DNA from: an uncultured virus (IMG/VR IMGVR_UViG_3300042502_001066)
Taxonomy: Duplodnaviria > Heunggongvirae > Uroviricota > Caudoviricetes
Strand: one strand, 5' to 3'
Length of the DNA: 64,000 nucleotides
Virus record (IMG/VR): IMGVR_UViG_3300042502_001066
Both the position numbers and the translations under genes were made by a program. Shown here in pieces: positions 9,870 to 20,755 of the stretch; the stretch's first letter is position 1; each line of letters starts with the position of its first letter. Below the pieces are notes generated by a model, which saw nothing but the letters and a program-made list of their open reading frames with translations, ran no database searches and was not told the origin of the DNA.

Positions 9870-12323
9870 TTATGTACACAATACCGATACTGTATTGTCT
9901 AAACTATTTTCAACGTAGATTCTATCATATTTAGTGTCATATGCTACACCTCTTGGGAAATTACCAACATTAATTGTTTTAATAACTGTATTAGTTAATA
10001 CATCTATCACACTAATATTATCTGTTGTTGCATTACTTACATATAGTGTGTTACTGTTAGTGTCAAATGCCATACCTATTGGATTTGTACCAACAGTTAT
10101 TGTTGTTCCTGTTGTGTTAGTTATTGGGTTAATTGTTATGACTTTATCAGTACCATTTAAAAGTGTATATACAGTATTGTTTATTGGTACATATAAACAG
10201 TATCTAGGTAAAGACCCGGAAGGCATTGTTATAGTTGATGCGGTAATTCCTTTTATAGTGTCAATTGATACCACAGTACTACTTATTGTGTTTGGTACAT
10301 ATACTTGTGAATTATTTTCATTAAACGCTGGTTGAAGTGGTCGAGTTCCTGTTGAGTATGTATTAATTATTGTACCACCTTTTATTGAACTTACAGTACC
10401 ATTATTGTATTCTGCAACGTATAATACATCTTGAATATTATCATACGTTAAGCCGTATGGGCCACTATTTACAGATATAGTTGTTCCTGTTGAAAGCGTT
10501 GATGTGTTAATTACTGATATTGTATTATCTGAGAAATTACCAACATATAATATTGTATTATCGTTATTCAATACACCACCTAAAGGTTGATTCCCCACAG
10601 GTATTGTTGTGACAATTGAATAATCGTTAATGTTAATAACTGTAACATTATCACTTGTTTGATTAATTACATACATGTATTCATTAACATCGTCAAATAC
10701 TATAAAGAATGGACCTGTTCCCACTGATATTGTTTGTATTATATTTGGACATGGTTGTGTTGGGGTTGGGGTAATTGTCGGTGTTGGTGTAGGTGTTGAA
10801 GTTAATACTGGATTACAAAATCTACAATCAAATAAGTTACCACTTTCAATTGATTGTAAAACATGTGTTGGTGCGTTTAGAACATCACTATTATAAGTTA
10901 CACAAACTGAATTATTATTAATAACAACACTAAATGTTGCGCCTGTGTTAAATGGTATTTCTCCATAAACTAAATATTTGTTATATCCATCACAGTCTAA
11001 TAGTAGTTTTGAATATGGACTTGAAAATTTGTTTGAGAATGTTAAGAATTCACTAATACCTGTTATTGATACTCCTTTAACTGCGTTTGTTGGAGTTACA
11101 GATGGTGTCGGGCTTGGTCCTGGTAATGGATAACTTACACCTGAGAAAATAACAGATTTACCATTACATAATGGTGTTGGTGTTGGGGTTGGGGTTGGAG
11201 TAGTTGTTGGTGTTAAACTTAAAGTTGGGGTTGGAGTTGCTCCTGAAGTAATATTACAATCAAACACTGCTGTAAAGTCAAATACATTACAAGGGTCAGT
11301 ATTTGTTGGAGTTGGTGTTGGACAATTTGTAAAAAATAAAGTTTCGTCTAAATCAGGACATAAACTAATACTACCTGTTGGACCAAACAATACACATGTT
11401 CCACCACTTGTTTCGGATAAACACCACCTTGTTTCAACAGTATTGTAATAAATGTATGATGGTGTTAATGAGTCGGGTGAATAAAATAAAGCGTAACTAT
11501 TAAAATTACCATAATTGTAATATGTTCCATTATATTCATTATAACCTGATAGATTAATAGAAACACAAAAACTATTTTGTTCACATTGGTATGGTGTACT
11601 TGGACTTGGTGTTGGTGTTTGAGTAACGCTAACACTTGGTGTTGCAGTTTGAGTTACAGCAAATGTTGGTAATGGGGTTTTGGTAACAGTTGGTGTTGGA
11701 GTATTGGTTGAAGTTATTGATGGTGTTGGTGTGTTAGTTGATGTTACGGTATTAGTTGGTGTGTTAGTAGGTGTTACCGTTGATGTTGGTGTTGATGTTC
11801 TTGTAGGTGTGTGTGTTGCGGTAATTGATGGTGTTGGAGTAAGAGTTCCGGTATTTGTAGGTGTTGGTGTTAATGTTGGAGTTTGTGTTAACGTAGGTGT
11901 GTTTGTTTTTGTAACTGAAGGTGTTGGTGTCTTTGTCGAAGTATTTGTAGGTGTTGGTGTTTTAGTGCTAGTTGGTGTTTTAGTGATTGTTGGTGTGTTT
12001 GTTGGAGTTATACTTGGTGTAACTGTTGGTGTAGATGTAGGTGCGGGTGTTGACGTTGGAGTTGGACTAGGATTTGGTACACAAGGATATGTTGAAATAC
12101 ATTGAGTACAACTAGTAAATGATAATGTACTACCACTCTCCAAATTATATACTGTAGTCCCTGAGGCATATCCTGAACTTAAATATTGAGAACAACCCGT
12201 GTATTGGTCAGTTATCAGATAATATGTGTTACCTGAAGAAAAGTTATAAGGAGGTTTTGGAGCTTCAACCTGAAAGGTAGTACCACTACAACAACCCGAA
12301 AATGAATACCAATTTAGTGCCAA
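9870..12323 (-). CDS. Thr/Pro-rich virion protein with C-terminal YVTN/YncE-like beta-propeller
   Basis: N-terminal CC module, long TPT tracts, repeated I-x-V-G-x-x-P...Y-V-x-N...D-x-V-S-V-I blades. Confidence 0.7.
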   Translation of the reverse strand: MALNWYSFSGCCSGTTFQVEAPKPPYNFSSGNTYYLITDQYTGCSQYLSSGYASGTTVYNLESGSTLSFTSCTQCISTYPCVPNPSPTPTSTPAPTSTPTVTPSITPTNTPTITKTPTSTKTPTPTNTSTKTPTPSVTKTNTPTLTQTPTLTPTPTNTGTLTPTPSITATHTPTRTSTPTSTVTPTNTPTNTVTSTNTPTPSITSTNTPTPTVTKTPLPTFAVTQTATPSVSVTQTPTPSPSTPYQCEQNSFCVSINLSGYNEYNGTYYNYGNFNSYALFYSPDSLTPSYIYYNTVETRWCLSETSGGTCVLFGPTGSISLCPDLDETLFFTNCPTPTPTNTDPCNVFDFTAVFDCNITSGATPTPTLSLTPTTTPTPTPTPTPLCNGKSVIFSGVSYPLPGPSPTPSVTPTNAVKGVSITGISEFLTFSNKFSSPYSKLLLDCDGYNKYLVYGEIPFNTGATFSVVINNNSVCVTYNSDVLNAPTHVLQSIESGNLFDCRFCNPVLTSTPTPTPTITPTPTQPCPNIIQTISVGTGPFFIVFDDVNEYMYVINQTSDNVTVININDYSIVTTIPVGNQPLGGVLNNDNTILYVGNFSDNTISVINTSTLSTGTTISVNSGPYGLTYDNIQDVLYVAEYNNGTVSSIKGGTIINTYSTGTRPLQPAFNENNSQVYVPNTISSTVVSIDTIKGITASTITMPSGSLPRYCLYVPINNTVYTLLNGTDKVITINPITNTTGTTITVGTNPIGMAFDTNSNTLYVSNATTDNISVIDVLTNTVIKTINVGNFPRGVAYDTKYDRIYVENSLDNTVSVLCT

Positions 12324-12327
12324 TTTT

Positions 12328-12549
12328 TTAAATACTTGTTGTTCCTGTTATTATACAACCAACTGAATCAGTTACCCTTAAATCATATCCGTTTAATTCT
12401 TGGATAGGAGTTGGGACAGTGAAATTATACGGAAGGTCACCTGTAGTTATTCTATCAATAAAATAACAAGGAGTTCCACCAGTCATACATAAATAAATGT
12501 CAAATGGAGTTGAACCTGTAATACTACTAACCGTAATTGTTGTTGGCAT
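12328..12549 (-). CDS. Small beta-rich Cys-containing virion protein
   Basis: Paralog of 2010..2288; TATTTATA upstream on minus strand (12554-12561). Confidence 0.6.
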   Translation of the reverse strand: MPTTITVSSITGSTPFDIYLCMTGGTPCYFIDRITTGDLPYNFTVPTPIQELNGYDLRVTDSVGCIITGTTSI

Positions 12550-12623
12550 ATGATATAAATATAAAAGGGTTTAAAACTTTGTGAAGTTTGACAACAATAA
12601 GTTTTTATCTTATTATTAAGGTA

Positions 12624-13520
12624 ATGGATGAAGATGAAATTTTACTTGAAATTATTAGGGACTTATTTGGTAAAGAGAAACATTATTATGCTTCCAAAGG
12701 TCAGATTTCAATAAATTGTCCGTATTGTGATGAAGGTAGAAACAAAGGAAACCTTGAAATTAATATTAACGAACACGTATATAAATGTTGGTCGTGTTCA
12801 GACTCAAATGGAACACACGGGGTTTTAGGTAAGTTAATTGATATTTTTGGAACCAAAAACCAAAAGAAAACTTACGACATATTCAAACCCGAAGAACACA
12901 AGTCAAAACATGTTGAATTAAAAAAGTTAAAACTCCCCAAAGAATTTATTTCAATTAAGGATGCTAACCCCCTTCACATCCCACACAGAGAAGTTTTAAA
13001 ATATATTAAGACACGTGGTATTACTGATGAGATGATTGAAAAGTTTAATATTGGTTTTGCTACCGATGGTGACTACGGAGGTAGGATTATCATACCGTCA
13101 TATGGTATGGACGATGAGATTAACTACTTCATATCAAGAGCATGGTTTAAAACGAAGAACAAGTATAAAAATCCTGAATACCCGAAGGAGACAATTATAT
13201 TCAATGAGAGGTTGATTGATTGGGAAAAACCAATTTACTTATGTGAAGGTGCGATTGACGGGTTCTTCACACCCAACCCAGTTGTTTTACTTGGGAAGGT
13301 ATTACATGAATTGTTGTTTGAAACAATATATACCAAAGCTAAGTCAGATGTTATTATATGTTTGGACGCTGATGCTTGGAAAGACGCTCAAAAACTTTAC
13401 AACCAACTAAATGGAGGGAAGTTAAGGGGAAGAGTGAAGATTCTAAAACTACCAAAAGATTCTGACATTGCAGATTTGAAAGGTAAGATAGATGATTATT
13501 TTTATGAAATGAGTTATTAA
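12624..13520 (+). CDS. DNA primase (zinc finger + TOPRIM)
   Basis: CPYC...CWSC, YLCEGAID, CLDADA; start moved to ATG 12624 because the track's TTG lies in the TTGACA promoter element. Confidence 0.85.
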   Translation: MDEDEILLEIIRDLFGKEKHYYASKGQISINCPYCDEGRNKGNLEININEHVYKCWSCSDSNGTHGVLGKLIDIFGTKNQKKTYDIFKPEEHKSKHVELKKLKLPKEFISIKDANPLHIPHREVLKYIKTRGITDEMIEKFNIGFATDGDYGGRIIIPSYGMDDEINYFISRAWFKTKNKYKNPEYPKETIIFNERLIDWEKPIYLCEGAIDGFFTPNPVVLLGKVLHELLFETIYTKAKSDVIICLDADAWKDAQKLYNQLNGGKLRGRVKILKLPKDSDIADLKGKIDDYFYEMSY

Positions 13521-13521
13521 A

Positions 13522-14379
13522 ATGGAATTAAAAGAAATTGCTTTAGAATTACGAGAAATTTTAGAGAACAAAAGACAAGAGTTGGAGTTAACCTTTATTG
13601 AGGATACCCACACGTATTTTATGAAAGATGTTGATGGGGTTGTTAAAAATAATTTCCCATCGGTATCAAAGGTGTTGAAGAAGTTCTACCCTGAGTTTCC
13701 GACTGACGAAGCGGCTGAAAGGAAATCAAAAGGAAATCCTGTAATTAAACAATCACTGATTAAAGAGTGGGCTGCCGCTGGTGATTATTCTACCAATATG
13801 GGTAGTAGGGTTCACTTCTTTTTGGAGAAGAAGTTGATTGAAAGTAGTGGAAGTTATAAAGAAGTCCGTCAACCAATTTTTGATTGTGATGTTACACAGA
13901 TTTTAAAGGGTGATAGTATGATTACTGCTGGTTCTAAGTTTCTAAAACTAATGAAGGAACGTGAAGTTGTTTTGTTAGACACGGAGATTGTTTTGGGTCA
14001 TCCTGAATTAGGATATACAGGACAACCCGATAAGGTGTGGTTGGTTATAAACAAGAAGAAAGACGGGTTTGGATTATTGATAACTGACTGGAAAACAAAC
14101 AAACCTAAAAACTTTGAAAGTAATAACTTTACAAAACCTATGTATAAACCATTCCAAAACCTACCAAATACCGCTCTTGGACACTACTATGTTCAATTAC
14201 CTTTATACGGTAAGTTAATCTTAAAAATGTTGGAAGGGACAAAATACGAAAACATGAAATTATATGGATGTATTGTTGTATTATTGCAAGAGGATTCAGA
14301 GTTCAAAGAGTTCAGAGTACCACAAGATGTGATTGATACGGTGATGAATATGAATGTGAAAGATTATTTGGTAAGTTAG
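13522..14379 (+). CDS. PD-(D/E)XK exonuclease
   Basis: SVSKVLK, GSRVH, GQPD, ITDWKT, QLPLY motifs. Confidence 0.75.
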   Translation: MELKEIALELREILENKRQELELTFIEDTHTYFMKDVDGVVKNNFPSVSKVLKKFYPEFPTDEAAERKSKGNPVIKQSLIKEWAAAGDYSTNMGSRVHFFLEKKLIESSGSYKEVRQPIFDCDVTQILKGDSMITAGSKFLKLMKEREVVLLDTEIVLGHPELGYTGQPDKVWLVINKKKDGFGLLITDWKTNKPKNFESNNFTKPMYKPFQNLPNTALGHYYVQLPLYGKLILKMLEGTKYENMKLYGCIVVLLQEDSEFKEFRVPQDVIDTVMNMNVKDYLVS

Positions 14380-14397
14380 AATTTTGTTATATATTTG
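14367..14397 (+). promoter_or_regulatory. Bacteroidota-type promoter
   Basis: TTTG-N19-TATATTTG, 4 nt before ATG 14402. Confidence 0.7.
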
Positions 14398-14401
14398 TTA
14401 T

Positions 14402-15235
14402 ATGAAAAAAAATTATCAAAAAGTTATTGATTTTTTAAAAATCATCACAAAACCTTGGGGTGAAAAAATAAAATATGGTATTGAACTTAATTTACCAATC
14501 GGTGTAGAAATTGCACAAACAGATTATGAAGCTCTTAGTTGTTTGATTTATGATTTGAAAGGTACTGGAAAAACATCTGGTGACAATGACCATAGTAATG
14601 GTGATGAAACAAAAGGGGCTAATAAAATAAAACCTAAAGAATGTAACTGTGGTAAAATATGTCATTGGTTTTCTGAAAAATGTGAATGTGGTTCATCTGA
14701 ATTTTTGTATGGTGATGATGAGAATAGAACTGATATTCGTTGGGGTATTGACACTATTGCTCATTTTAAATATAAAGTACCAAACTATCATTTTTGGATT
14801 TTAGAGGCAAGTGAGTATGTGTCTACAAATAAAATATTTTATTTAAAACTTTTTACTGTTTCAAGTAAAAATAGAATGTTTAATGAAATATTAAAAGTTC
14901 AAAATGATTCTAAAAGTAAAAGTAAAAATTTTTTACCTTACTCGAAAGATTTTTACGCTAGTAATCCAAAATACGAGGCTTGCTTCAAATTAAAATTTAA
15001 TAAAAAAAATTCTAATTTATCAATTAGTGTAAAAAATGTTTCAAGTATAGTTTTAACAAAAAAAATACTTACACAACCAAAAGGTATTAAAAGATACCTC
15101 CCTAAAGATTTTATTGTTAAAAAAGATATTTATCAATACGATGAAATTGAGTCATTATTAAATGTTAAAAATTTTAAAACCGCACATGGAAAAAAAAGAG
15201 GTGAAACAAAACGTAGAAGTGAACAAAATTTATAA
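14402..15235 (+). CDS. Putative restriction endonuclease-like protein
   Basis: D-x4-D-E-T-K (PD-(D/E)xK-like) motif, Cys cluster, overlaps a DNA methyltransferase gene. Confidence 0.4.
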   Translation: MKKNYQKVIDFLKIITKPWGEKIKYGIELNLPIGVEIAQTDYEALSCLIYDLKGTGKTSGDNDHSNGDETKGANKIKPKECNCGKICHWFSEKCECGSSEFLYGDDENRTDIRWGIDTIAHFKYKVPNYHFWILEASEYVSTNKIFYLKLFTVSSKNRMFNEILKVQNDSKSKSKNFLPYSKDFYASNPKYEACFKLKFNKKNSNLSISVKNVSSIVLTKKILTQPKGIKRYLPKDFIVKKDIYQYDEIESLLNVKNFKTAHGKKRGETKRRSEQNL

Positions 15236-16112
15236 TCAAGATTGTATTTCTTTTCTTAAAAACTTATCTGACGAATGTTGTGATGCATGTATAACTGACC
15301 CTCCATATTGGGGGGTAGTAGATGAGGAATGGGATAAACAATGGAAAAGTATTGAAGAATACAAAGATTGGTGTTCGGAGTGGTTAAAAGAAATTAGTAG
15401 AGTTACAAAAAAAAGTGGAAGTTTTTTTCTATTTGGATATAGTTATCAGTTATCTCATTTACTTCCTATTATAGAATCTTACGGATTCAAATTCAGACAA
15501 CAAATTGTTGTTTGGAAGGGAATGAAAAGTGCTGCTGGTAGGGTATCTTCAAAATTAAAAATGTTCCCAACAACGACTGAATATATTTATTATTTTGTAA
15601 AAGATAGTACAAGTTATATTCGTGATTTATTACAAATTAAGGCTGAAGAGAAAAACTTAACGTCTAAAGAAATTAATGAATATTTAGGTAAATCATCAAA
15701 CGGGGGCGGCACATGGTCCTCAATTGCAGGTAAAAAACAAAAAAAATTACAAGAACCAACAAAAGAAGATTGGGAAAAGTTAAGCGTTTTATTTGGTGGA
15801 TTACCCAAGTACGAAGATTTAGTTTATACTTTTAATTTACCTATGGGTGTTACAGATGTTTTTGATGATATAAATTTTTATATCCCGAAAGAAAACAAAA
15901 TTCATCCTACTGAAAAACCTTTAAAACTAATTGACAGGTTAGTATTATCCTGTACAAATGAATTAGATATTATAGTTGACCCTTTTATGGGTAGCGGTTC
16001 TTTAGCAATATCTTGTATAAATAACAACAGACTTTTTTTAGGTTGTGAGATAGATGAAAATTACTTTAACCAATCAATATTTAAAATTGAAAAATTATTA
16101 AACAATCATTAA
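15162..16112 (+). CDS. Beta-class N6A/N4C DNA methyltransferase
   Basis: DPPY, HPTEKP, DPFMGSGS in beta-class order; true start probably ATG 15186. Confidence 0.9.
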   Translation: MLKILKPHMEKKEVKQNVEVNKIYNQDCISFLKNLSDECCDACITDPPYWGVVDEEWDKQWKSIEEYKDWCSEWLKEISRVTKKSGSFFLFGYSYQLSHLLPIIESYGFKFRQQIVVWKGMKSAAGRVSSKLKMFPTTTEYIYYFVKDSTSYIRDLLQIKAEEKNLTSKEINEYLGKSSNGGGTWSSIAGKKQKKLQEPTKEDWEKLSVLFGGLPKYEDLVYTFNLPMGVTDVFDDINFYIPKENKIHPTEKPLKLIDRLVLSCTNELDIIVDPFMGSGSLAISCINNNRLFLGCEIDENYFNQSIFKIEKLLNNH

Positions 16113-16189
16113 ACCTTAAATTTATCAATTAAAAGGTTTTATATCCCCAAATTTGACAATCACCTTAAAAAGTTATATATTTAAAAATT

Positions 16190-16387
16190 ATGATAAAACT
16201 AACATTTAACACAACAGAAAAAACAGTAAGCGTTGATTTAGGTCAACTTCATTTTGAGGATTACTTAAACGTATCAACAGTACAGGTGAGAGAAGGTTAC
16301 TACGAAGTAATGACTAAAACTGATGAGAAATCTAAACCAGTACTTAGAGTACCGATTAGTAATACAATAATGTTTATAGAAGAATAA
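16190..16387 (+). CDS. Hypothetical protein
   Basis: ORF preceded by TTGACA-N17-TATATTTA. Confidence 0.6.
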   Translation: MIKLTFNTTEKTVSVDLGQLHFEDYLNVSTVQVREGYYEVMTKTDEKSKPVLRVPISNTIMFIEE

Positions 16388-16388
16388 T

Positions 16389-16622
16389 ATGCAATTAGAA
16401 AAACCAAAAATTAATTTAAGAGACATGGACTTTATTGTCTGTGACAAATGTGAACATAACGAGTTCAAAGAAATTACGTATCTAAAACGAGTACCAAAGT
16501 TATTAACTGGTTCACCTGACGATACCGTTGTTCCATTCCCAACATACGCTTGTTTGGCTTGTGGTAATGTTAATGAAGAATTAAACCCATTTCACATTGA
16601 ATCTCCGAAATTAGAACTATGA
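16389..16622 (+). CDS. Small zinc-ribbon protein
   Basis: CDKC...CLAC. Confidence 0.65.
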   Translation: MQLEKPKINLRDMDFIVCDKCEHNEFKEITYLKRVPKLLTGSPDDTVVPFPTYACLACGNVNEELNPFHIESPKLEL

Positions 16623-17398
16623 TAAAAAAGTTAGTTCATTTCTCTGATTTACACGTTAGGTTGTTTAAAGACCACCAACTATATAAGTCAATTTTAGAAG
16701 AAGCTTTTAAACAATGGAAAGATATTGCTCCTGATAGAATTGTATTCACGGGGGATTTGGTTCACTCAAAAAATCAAATGACACCTGAACTTGTTGAGTT
16801 CATCGCTTGGGTATTGACGGAGTGTTCAAAGATTGCTAAAACAATATTAATACCTGGTAATCACGACTTCCTTGAAAACAATATGGAACGATTGGACGCT
16901 TTAACACCTGTGGTTGACTCACTTAAAAATGATATGGTGGTTTACTACAAGAACAGAGGTGTATATCAGGATGAAAATATTGATTGGTGTGTGTATTCAC
17001 TTATGGACCATAACATCCCACCTACGATTGAAAAATCTGATAGAGTTAAAATTGGATTATTTCACGGACCAGTTCAGGGACTTACAACCAACTTAGGATT
17101 TAAGTTTGAAGATGGGTTTGAAACATCAAAGTTTGATGGATGTGACTTGGTATTATGTGGTGATATTCACAAGAGACAAATCTTTGATATACCTGGTGGT
17201 AAGAAGGCTTATATGATTGGTTCAACCATTGGGCAGAATTATGGTGAAACGGTAACCAAACACGGATATGGAATTTATGATGTGGAAAAAGATGAGTATA
17301 CAACCGTGGATTTATTCAACCCAAAACCTTTCATATCATTTAGAATAAACTCATACGAAGATATTGAAAATGGAACAGAAAAATTCGTTAACTATTGA
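16619..17398 (+). CDS. SbcD/Mre11-like metallophosphoesterase (gp47-like)
   Basis: SDLH, GD, GNHD, FHG, GDIH motifs. Confidence 0.8.
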   Translation: MIKKLVHFSDLHVRLFKDHQLYKSILEEAFKQWKDIAPDRIVFTGDLVHSKNQMTPELVEFIAWVLTECSKIAKTILIPGNHDFLENNMERLDALTPVVDSLKNDMVVYYKNRGVYQDENIDWCVYSLMDHNIPPTIEKSDRVKIGLFHGPVQGLTTNLGFKFEDGFETSKFDGCDLVLCGDIHKRQIFDIPGGKKAYMIGSTIGQNYGETVTKHGYGIYDVEKDEYTTVDLFNPKPFISFRINSYEDIENGTEKFVNY

Positions 17399-17822
17399 GT
17401 TATCTAAACAGGATGTTGAGGATTTCAACTCGTTCTGTAAGATTAATGAAATAACTGACCCTAATGGTTTTGTTAAACTATGTTTCCGTAAAGGATACTA
17501 TATTGAAAAATATGGATTACTTAACCAAGGGAACTTACCTGATGTAATTGACAGAGAATTTGAGAAGGAAGTTATTGTTGAAGATAACTCAAAGATTGAA
17601 GAACTACAAAATGAAATTTACATTCTTAAAGGTAAATTGGAAGATAAAAAGGAAGTGGAGTGTGGAAAACTACAAGAAACCCTTTTTGAACTAAACAGAC
17701 AATTAAGTGATAAAAATAACACAATAAAAGAATTAACAAGAAAGGTAAATGAGCTTGAAGATATGACAAAAACTTCTTATGCTTTCTACCTACAGAATTC
17801 AAACTTAAAAAACAGAATATGA
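17364..17822 (+). CDS. Hypothetical coiled-coil protein
   Basis: ORF coupled to neighbours; heptad-like C-terminal half. Confidence 0.6.
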   Translation: MKMEQKNSLTIELSKQDVEDFNSFCKINEITDPNGFVKLCFRKGYYIEKYGLLNQGNLPDVIDREFEKEVIVEDNSKIEELQNEIYILKGKLEDKKEVECGKLQETLFELNRQLSDKNNTIKELTRKVNELEDMTKTSYAFYLQNSNLKNRI

Positions 17823-18169
17823 CACAGTTAGTATTATTTATGATTTTAGCCTACGGGTTTTCAACAATTATGGTTTATGGAACCATCTTCAAAGGAATGA
17901 GAGATTTCATCAAAGCTTATGGAAACTCCGATTTAATTTTTTCAAACACATTCAATTTCATTTCAGGTATTTTATCCTGTATGATGTGTTGTTCCACTTG
18001 GATAGGGTTCTTCTTAGGAACAGTTTTATTCTCACCGACTTATCAGTTTTTCGGAACAAGTCCATACATTTCATGGTTCTTTGATGGGTTATTTGCATCA
18101 GGGGCAGTATGGGCTATCAACGCTTTCATTGAATGGTTTGAAGTAAACCGACCAGCTAAAATAGATTAA
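17819..18169 (+). CDS. Small membrane protein (DUF1360-like)
   Basis: Hydrophobic segments with C-x-x-C-x-S-T-W-I-G motif. Confidence 0.5.
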   Translation: MTQLVLFMILAYGFSTIMVYGTIFKGMRDFIKAYGNSDLIFSNTFNFISGILSCMMCCSTWIGFFLGTVLFSPTYQFFGTSPYISWFFDGLFASGAVWAINAFIEWFEVNRPAKID

Positions 18170-18189
18170 TTTAAAAACCAAATAAATAT

Positions 18190-18372
18190 ATGCCAAAGTC
18201 AAGATTAAGACCAAACCACAAGCAGAAGGTTGCTGCGTGGAAATTAAGAAACATCCATGCTGAAAGACGCTATCAAAGAACAATGTCAGATTTGTTTGAA
18301 AAGATGAGACAAACCGCTTCTGAAAAGACAGAAGAAGTAGAAACAAATGAACCTGTTCAGCCCGCAAATTAA
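18190..18372 (+). CDS. Small protein with basic N-terminus
   Basis: MPKSRLRPNHK start; A-rich leader. Confidence 0.55.
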   Translation: MPKSRLRPNHKQKVAAWKLRNIHAERRYQRTMSDLFEKMRQTASEKTEEVETNEPVQPAN

Positions 18373-20716
18373 TTTCACAAAAGTTAGAATGATAAAAGAT
18401 TTAGATTTTTCAAAACTTGAGAATCCTTACGTACAAGTAGTATGGGAAGATACCCCAGAGAATTTTACACAAGAAAAGTTAAAAAGTGTGAAAGCGTACT
18501 TTCAAAAAAAGTATTCAACTACAAGCGTAAATGTTATTACCAAGTTAAAAAAAACAGAAGAGGTACAAGACAATGTTGATGTAACTATCAACATTATGGA
18601 CGAGAACTATCAACACGATTTGATTAAGTCCATCCTTCAATCTAAATCCCAAGAAAACCTTTACGAAGATATACTGAAGATTGACTCAGCGGTGAACAAT
18701 AAGATGATTGCCGAACAAGATGAGATTGCTTCATTTAAGAAGTGGTATATTAAGAAGATTGAGTTTTCTAACTTTCTATCTTATGGTGAAAACCAACATA
18801 TAAACTTTGAAAAGTTGGGTGGGATTACCGTAATTGAATCGGACCCACCTAACTTTGGAGGTAAGACTGTGTTGTCGGTGGATTTGTTAATGTTCTTGTT
18901 TTTCAATACAACAACAAAGACAAACAAAGCTGAGGAGATATTCAACAGATATTCTGACAAAGATAAAGTATCTGTTAGAGGAGAGATTATTATTGATGGT
19001 GAAGATTACATTATTGTTCGTGAACTTGAACGTAAGAAATCTAAATCAGGTGAATGGAATGTTAAAACAGAGTTAGACTTCTTTAAGAAGTTTCCTGATG
19101 GTTCATTGGTTAAATTTACGGGTGAACAACGACGTGAAACTGAAAAGTTTATTAAGACATCCATTGGTAGTTATGAAGACTTCTTGATGACGATATTAAC
19201 CACTGGTACTAACCTTGAGGACTTGTTGGAAGCAAAACCAACAGCTCGTGGACAAGTCTTATCAAGATTTTTAGGATTAGATTTTCTTAAAAGAAAAGAA
19301 GAGACTGGTAAAGAAATCTATTCAGAGTTCTCCAAGTCAATGATTTCAAACATTTACAATACTGAAACATTGAAGAATGAGAACGAAGAACTATTGGTTA
19401 AAAACCAAGAGTTTGATAAGAATATTGTAGAAAGTGAATTTAAAATTGAAGATGTTAGAGGTAGGATTGTTAAAGGACAAGAATATCGTGATAACCTTTT
19501 GAAATCAAAAGTTGTCGTTGATAGAGAAATTTCATTACTTAATCCTGAAAACACAAAAAAAGAAGTTGAAACTTTTGAATATCAAATCAAACAGAATGTT
19601 CAGTTAAGAGATGGTGTTAAGATTGTTGAACCTTCTGAGTTTTATTATGAAAATGAACATGATAAGGTTAAGGAAGAGTACCAAAAGACTTACAAACAAA
19701 AGGTTGAGTTAGATACTAACATATCATCCATCCAAAAGTTAAAGAGTTCAGTAAGTGGTGGTATAAAGTGTGAGCACTGTGGTATTGAACTTATGAATGC
19801 GGCAATTACACAATCAAGAATTGCTGAACTTGACGGACTTATTGGGCAAAAAACCAAGATTGAAGGTTTAATACAAGAATTATCGGACAAAGAACAAGGT
19901 TTTGTTAAACTTAAAAAAGACTTTGATGAGTACGAAAGAAACAAACTTGTCTATGAAAAATACCAAGCTACAATTGAAAACTTTGAGTTAAAAAAGGAAA
20001 GTTTATTAGATAAGTTGAAAAGATATGATGATGTACAAGATGTTATTAAATCTAACGAACAGATTGAAAGTCAAATCATTAAGGCTAACTTACGATTGGA
20101 AGATTTAAAACGAGAGGAACAACTTGTTCAACAGGAAATAACCAATTCAAGATTTAAGATAACTAATAACCTTGAAAAGATTAATTCTAATAACAGTTTA
20201 ATCATTAAGATTTCTGAGGAACAACAAAAGGAAGTTAAGTATAAAGTTTATTTAGAGTTGTTTGGTAAGAACGGTATTTCAAAAAGAATTATGAAGAGTA
20301 TGATGCCTTTGATTAACTCTGAACTTCAACGACTATTACAGGACTCATGTTATTTTAGATTGGAAATTCGTATTAGTGAAAAGAATGAGGTAGAATTTTG
20401 GATGATAGACAATAATACTCAAATTGAAAAGTTAATGACTTCAGGTTCGGGATATGAGAAGACAATTGCTTCACTGGCACTAAGAGCGGTGATGGCTAAA
20501 GTGTGTTCATTACCTAAACCAAATATTACAGTATTTGATGAAGTATTTGGTAAGATTTCTAACGATAACTTGGAAATGGTTTATGAGTTCTTTATTAAGA
20601 TTAAAGAATACTTTGAAAACATACTTGTTATTACTCACAACCCTATGATTTCAAACTGGTCTGATAACATTATCAAGATTACGAAAACTGACAACATTTC
20701 AAAAATTTCACATTAA
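18347..20716 (+). CDS. SbcC/Rad50-like ATPase (gp46-like)
   Basis: FSNFLSYG, Walker A GGKT, CEHC zinc hook, SGSGYE signature, VFDE Walker B, ITHN H-loop; probable start ATG 18389. Confidence 0.85.
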   Translation: MNLFSPQINFTKVRMIKDLDFSKLENPYVQVVWEDTPENFTQEKLKSVKAYFQKKYSTTSVNVITKLKKTEEVQDNVDVTINIMDENYQHDLIKSILQSKSQENLYEDILKIDSAVNNKMIAEQDEIASFKKWYIKKIEFSNFLSYGENQHINFEKLGGITVIESDPPNFGGKTVLSVDLLMFLFFNTTTKTNKAEEIFNRYSDKDKVSVRGEIIIDGEDYIIVRELERKKSKSGEWNVKTELDFFKKFPDGSLVKFTGEQRRETEKFIKTSIGSYEDFLMTILTTGTNLEDLLEAKPTARGQVLSRFLGLDFLKRKEETGKEIYSEFSKSMISNIYNTETLKNENEELLVKNQEFDKNIVESEFKIEDVRGRIVKGQEYRDNLLKSKVVVDREISLLNPENTKKEVETFEYQIKQNVQLRDGVKIVEPSEFYYENEHDKVKEEYQKTYKQKVELDTNISSIQKLKSSVSGGIKCEHCGIELMNAAITQSRIAELDGLIGQKTKIEGLIQELSDKEQGFVKLKKDFDEYERNKLVYEKYQATIENFELKKESLLDKLKRYDDVQDVIKSNEQIESQIIKANLRLEDLKREEQLVQQEITNSRFKITNNLEKINSNNSLIIKISEEQQKEVKYKVYLELFGKNGISKRIMKSMMPLINSELQRLLQDSCYFRLEIRISEKNEVEFWMIDNNTQIEKLMTSGSGYEKTIASLALRAVMAKVCSLPKPNITVFDEVFGKISNDNLEMVYEFFIKIKEYFENILVITHNPMISNWSDNIIKITKTDNISKISH

Positions 20717-20717
20717 G

Positions 20718-20748
20718 TTTGGTAAATTAAAAAATTGTATTATCTTTG
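20718..20748 (+). promoter_or_regulatory. Bacteroidota-type promoter of the sigma-factor operon
   Basis: TTTG-N19-TATCTTTG. Confidence 0.7.
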
Positions 20749-20755
20749 TAAGACT

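Noticed and set aside
9934..12105. Val/Gly-rich plus-strand ORFs
   Set aside because: Shadows of the Thr-Pro repeats and propeller of the minus-strand gene
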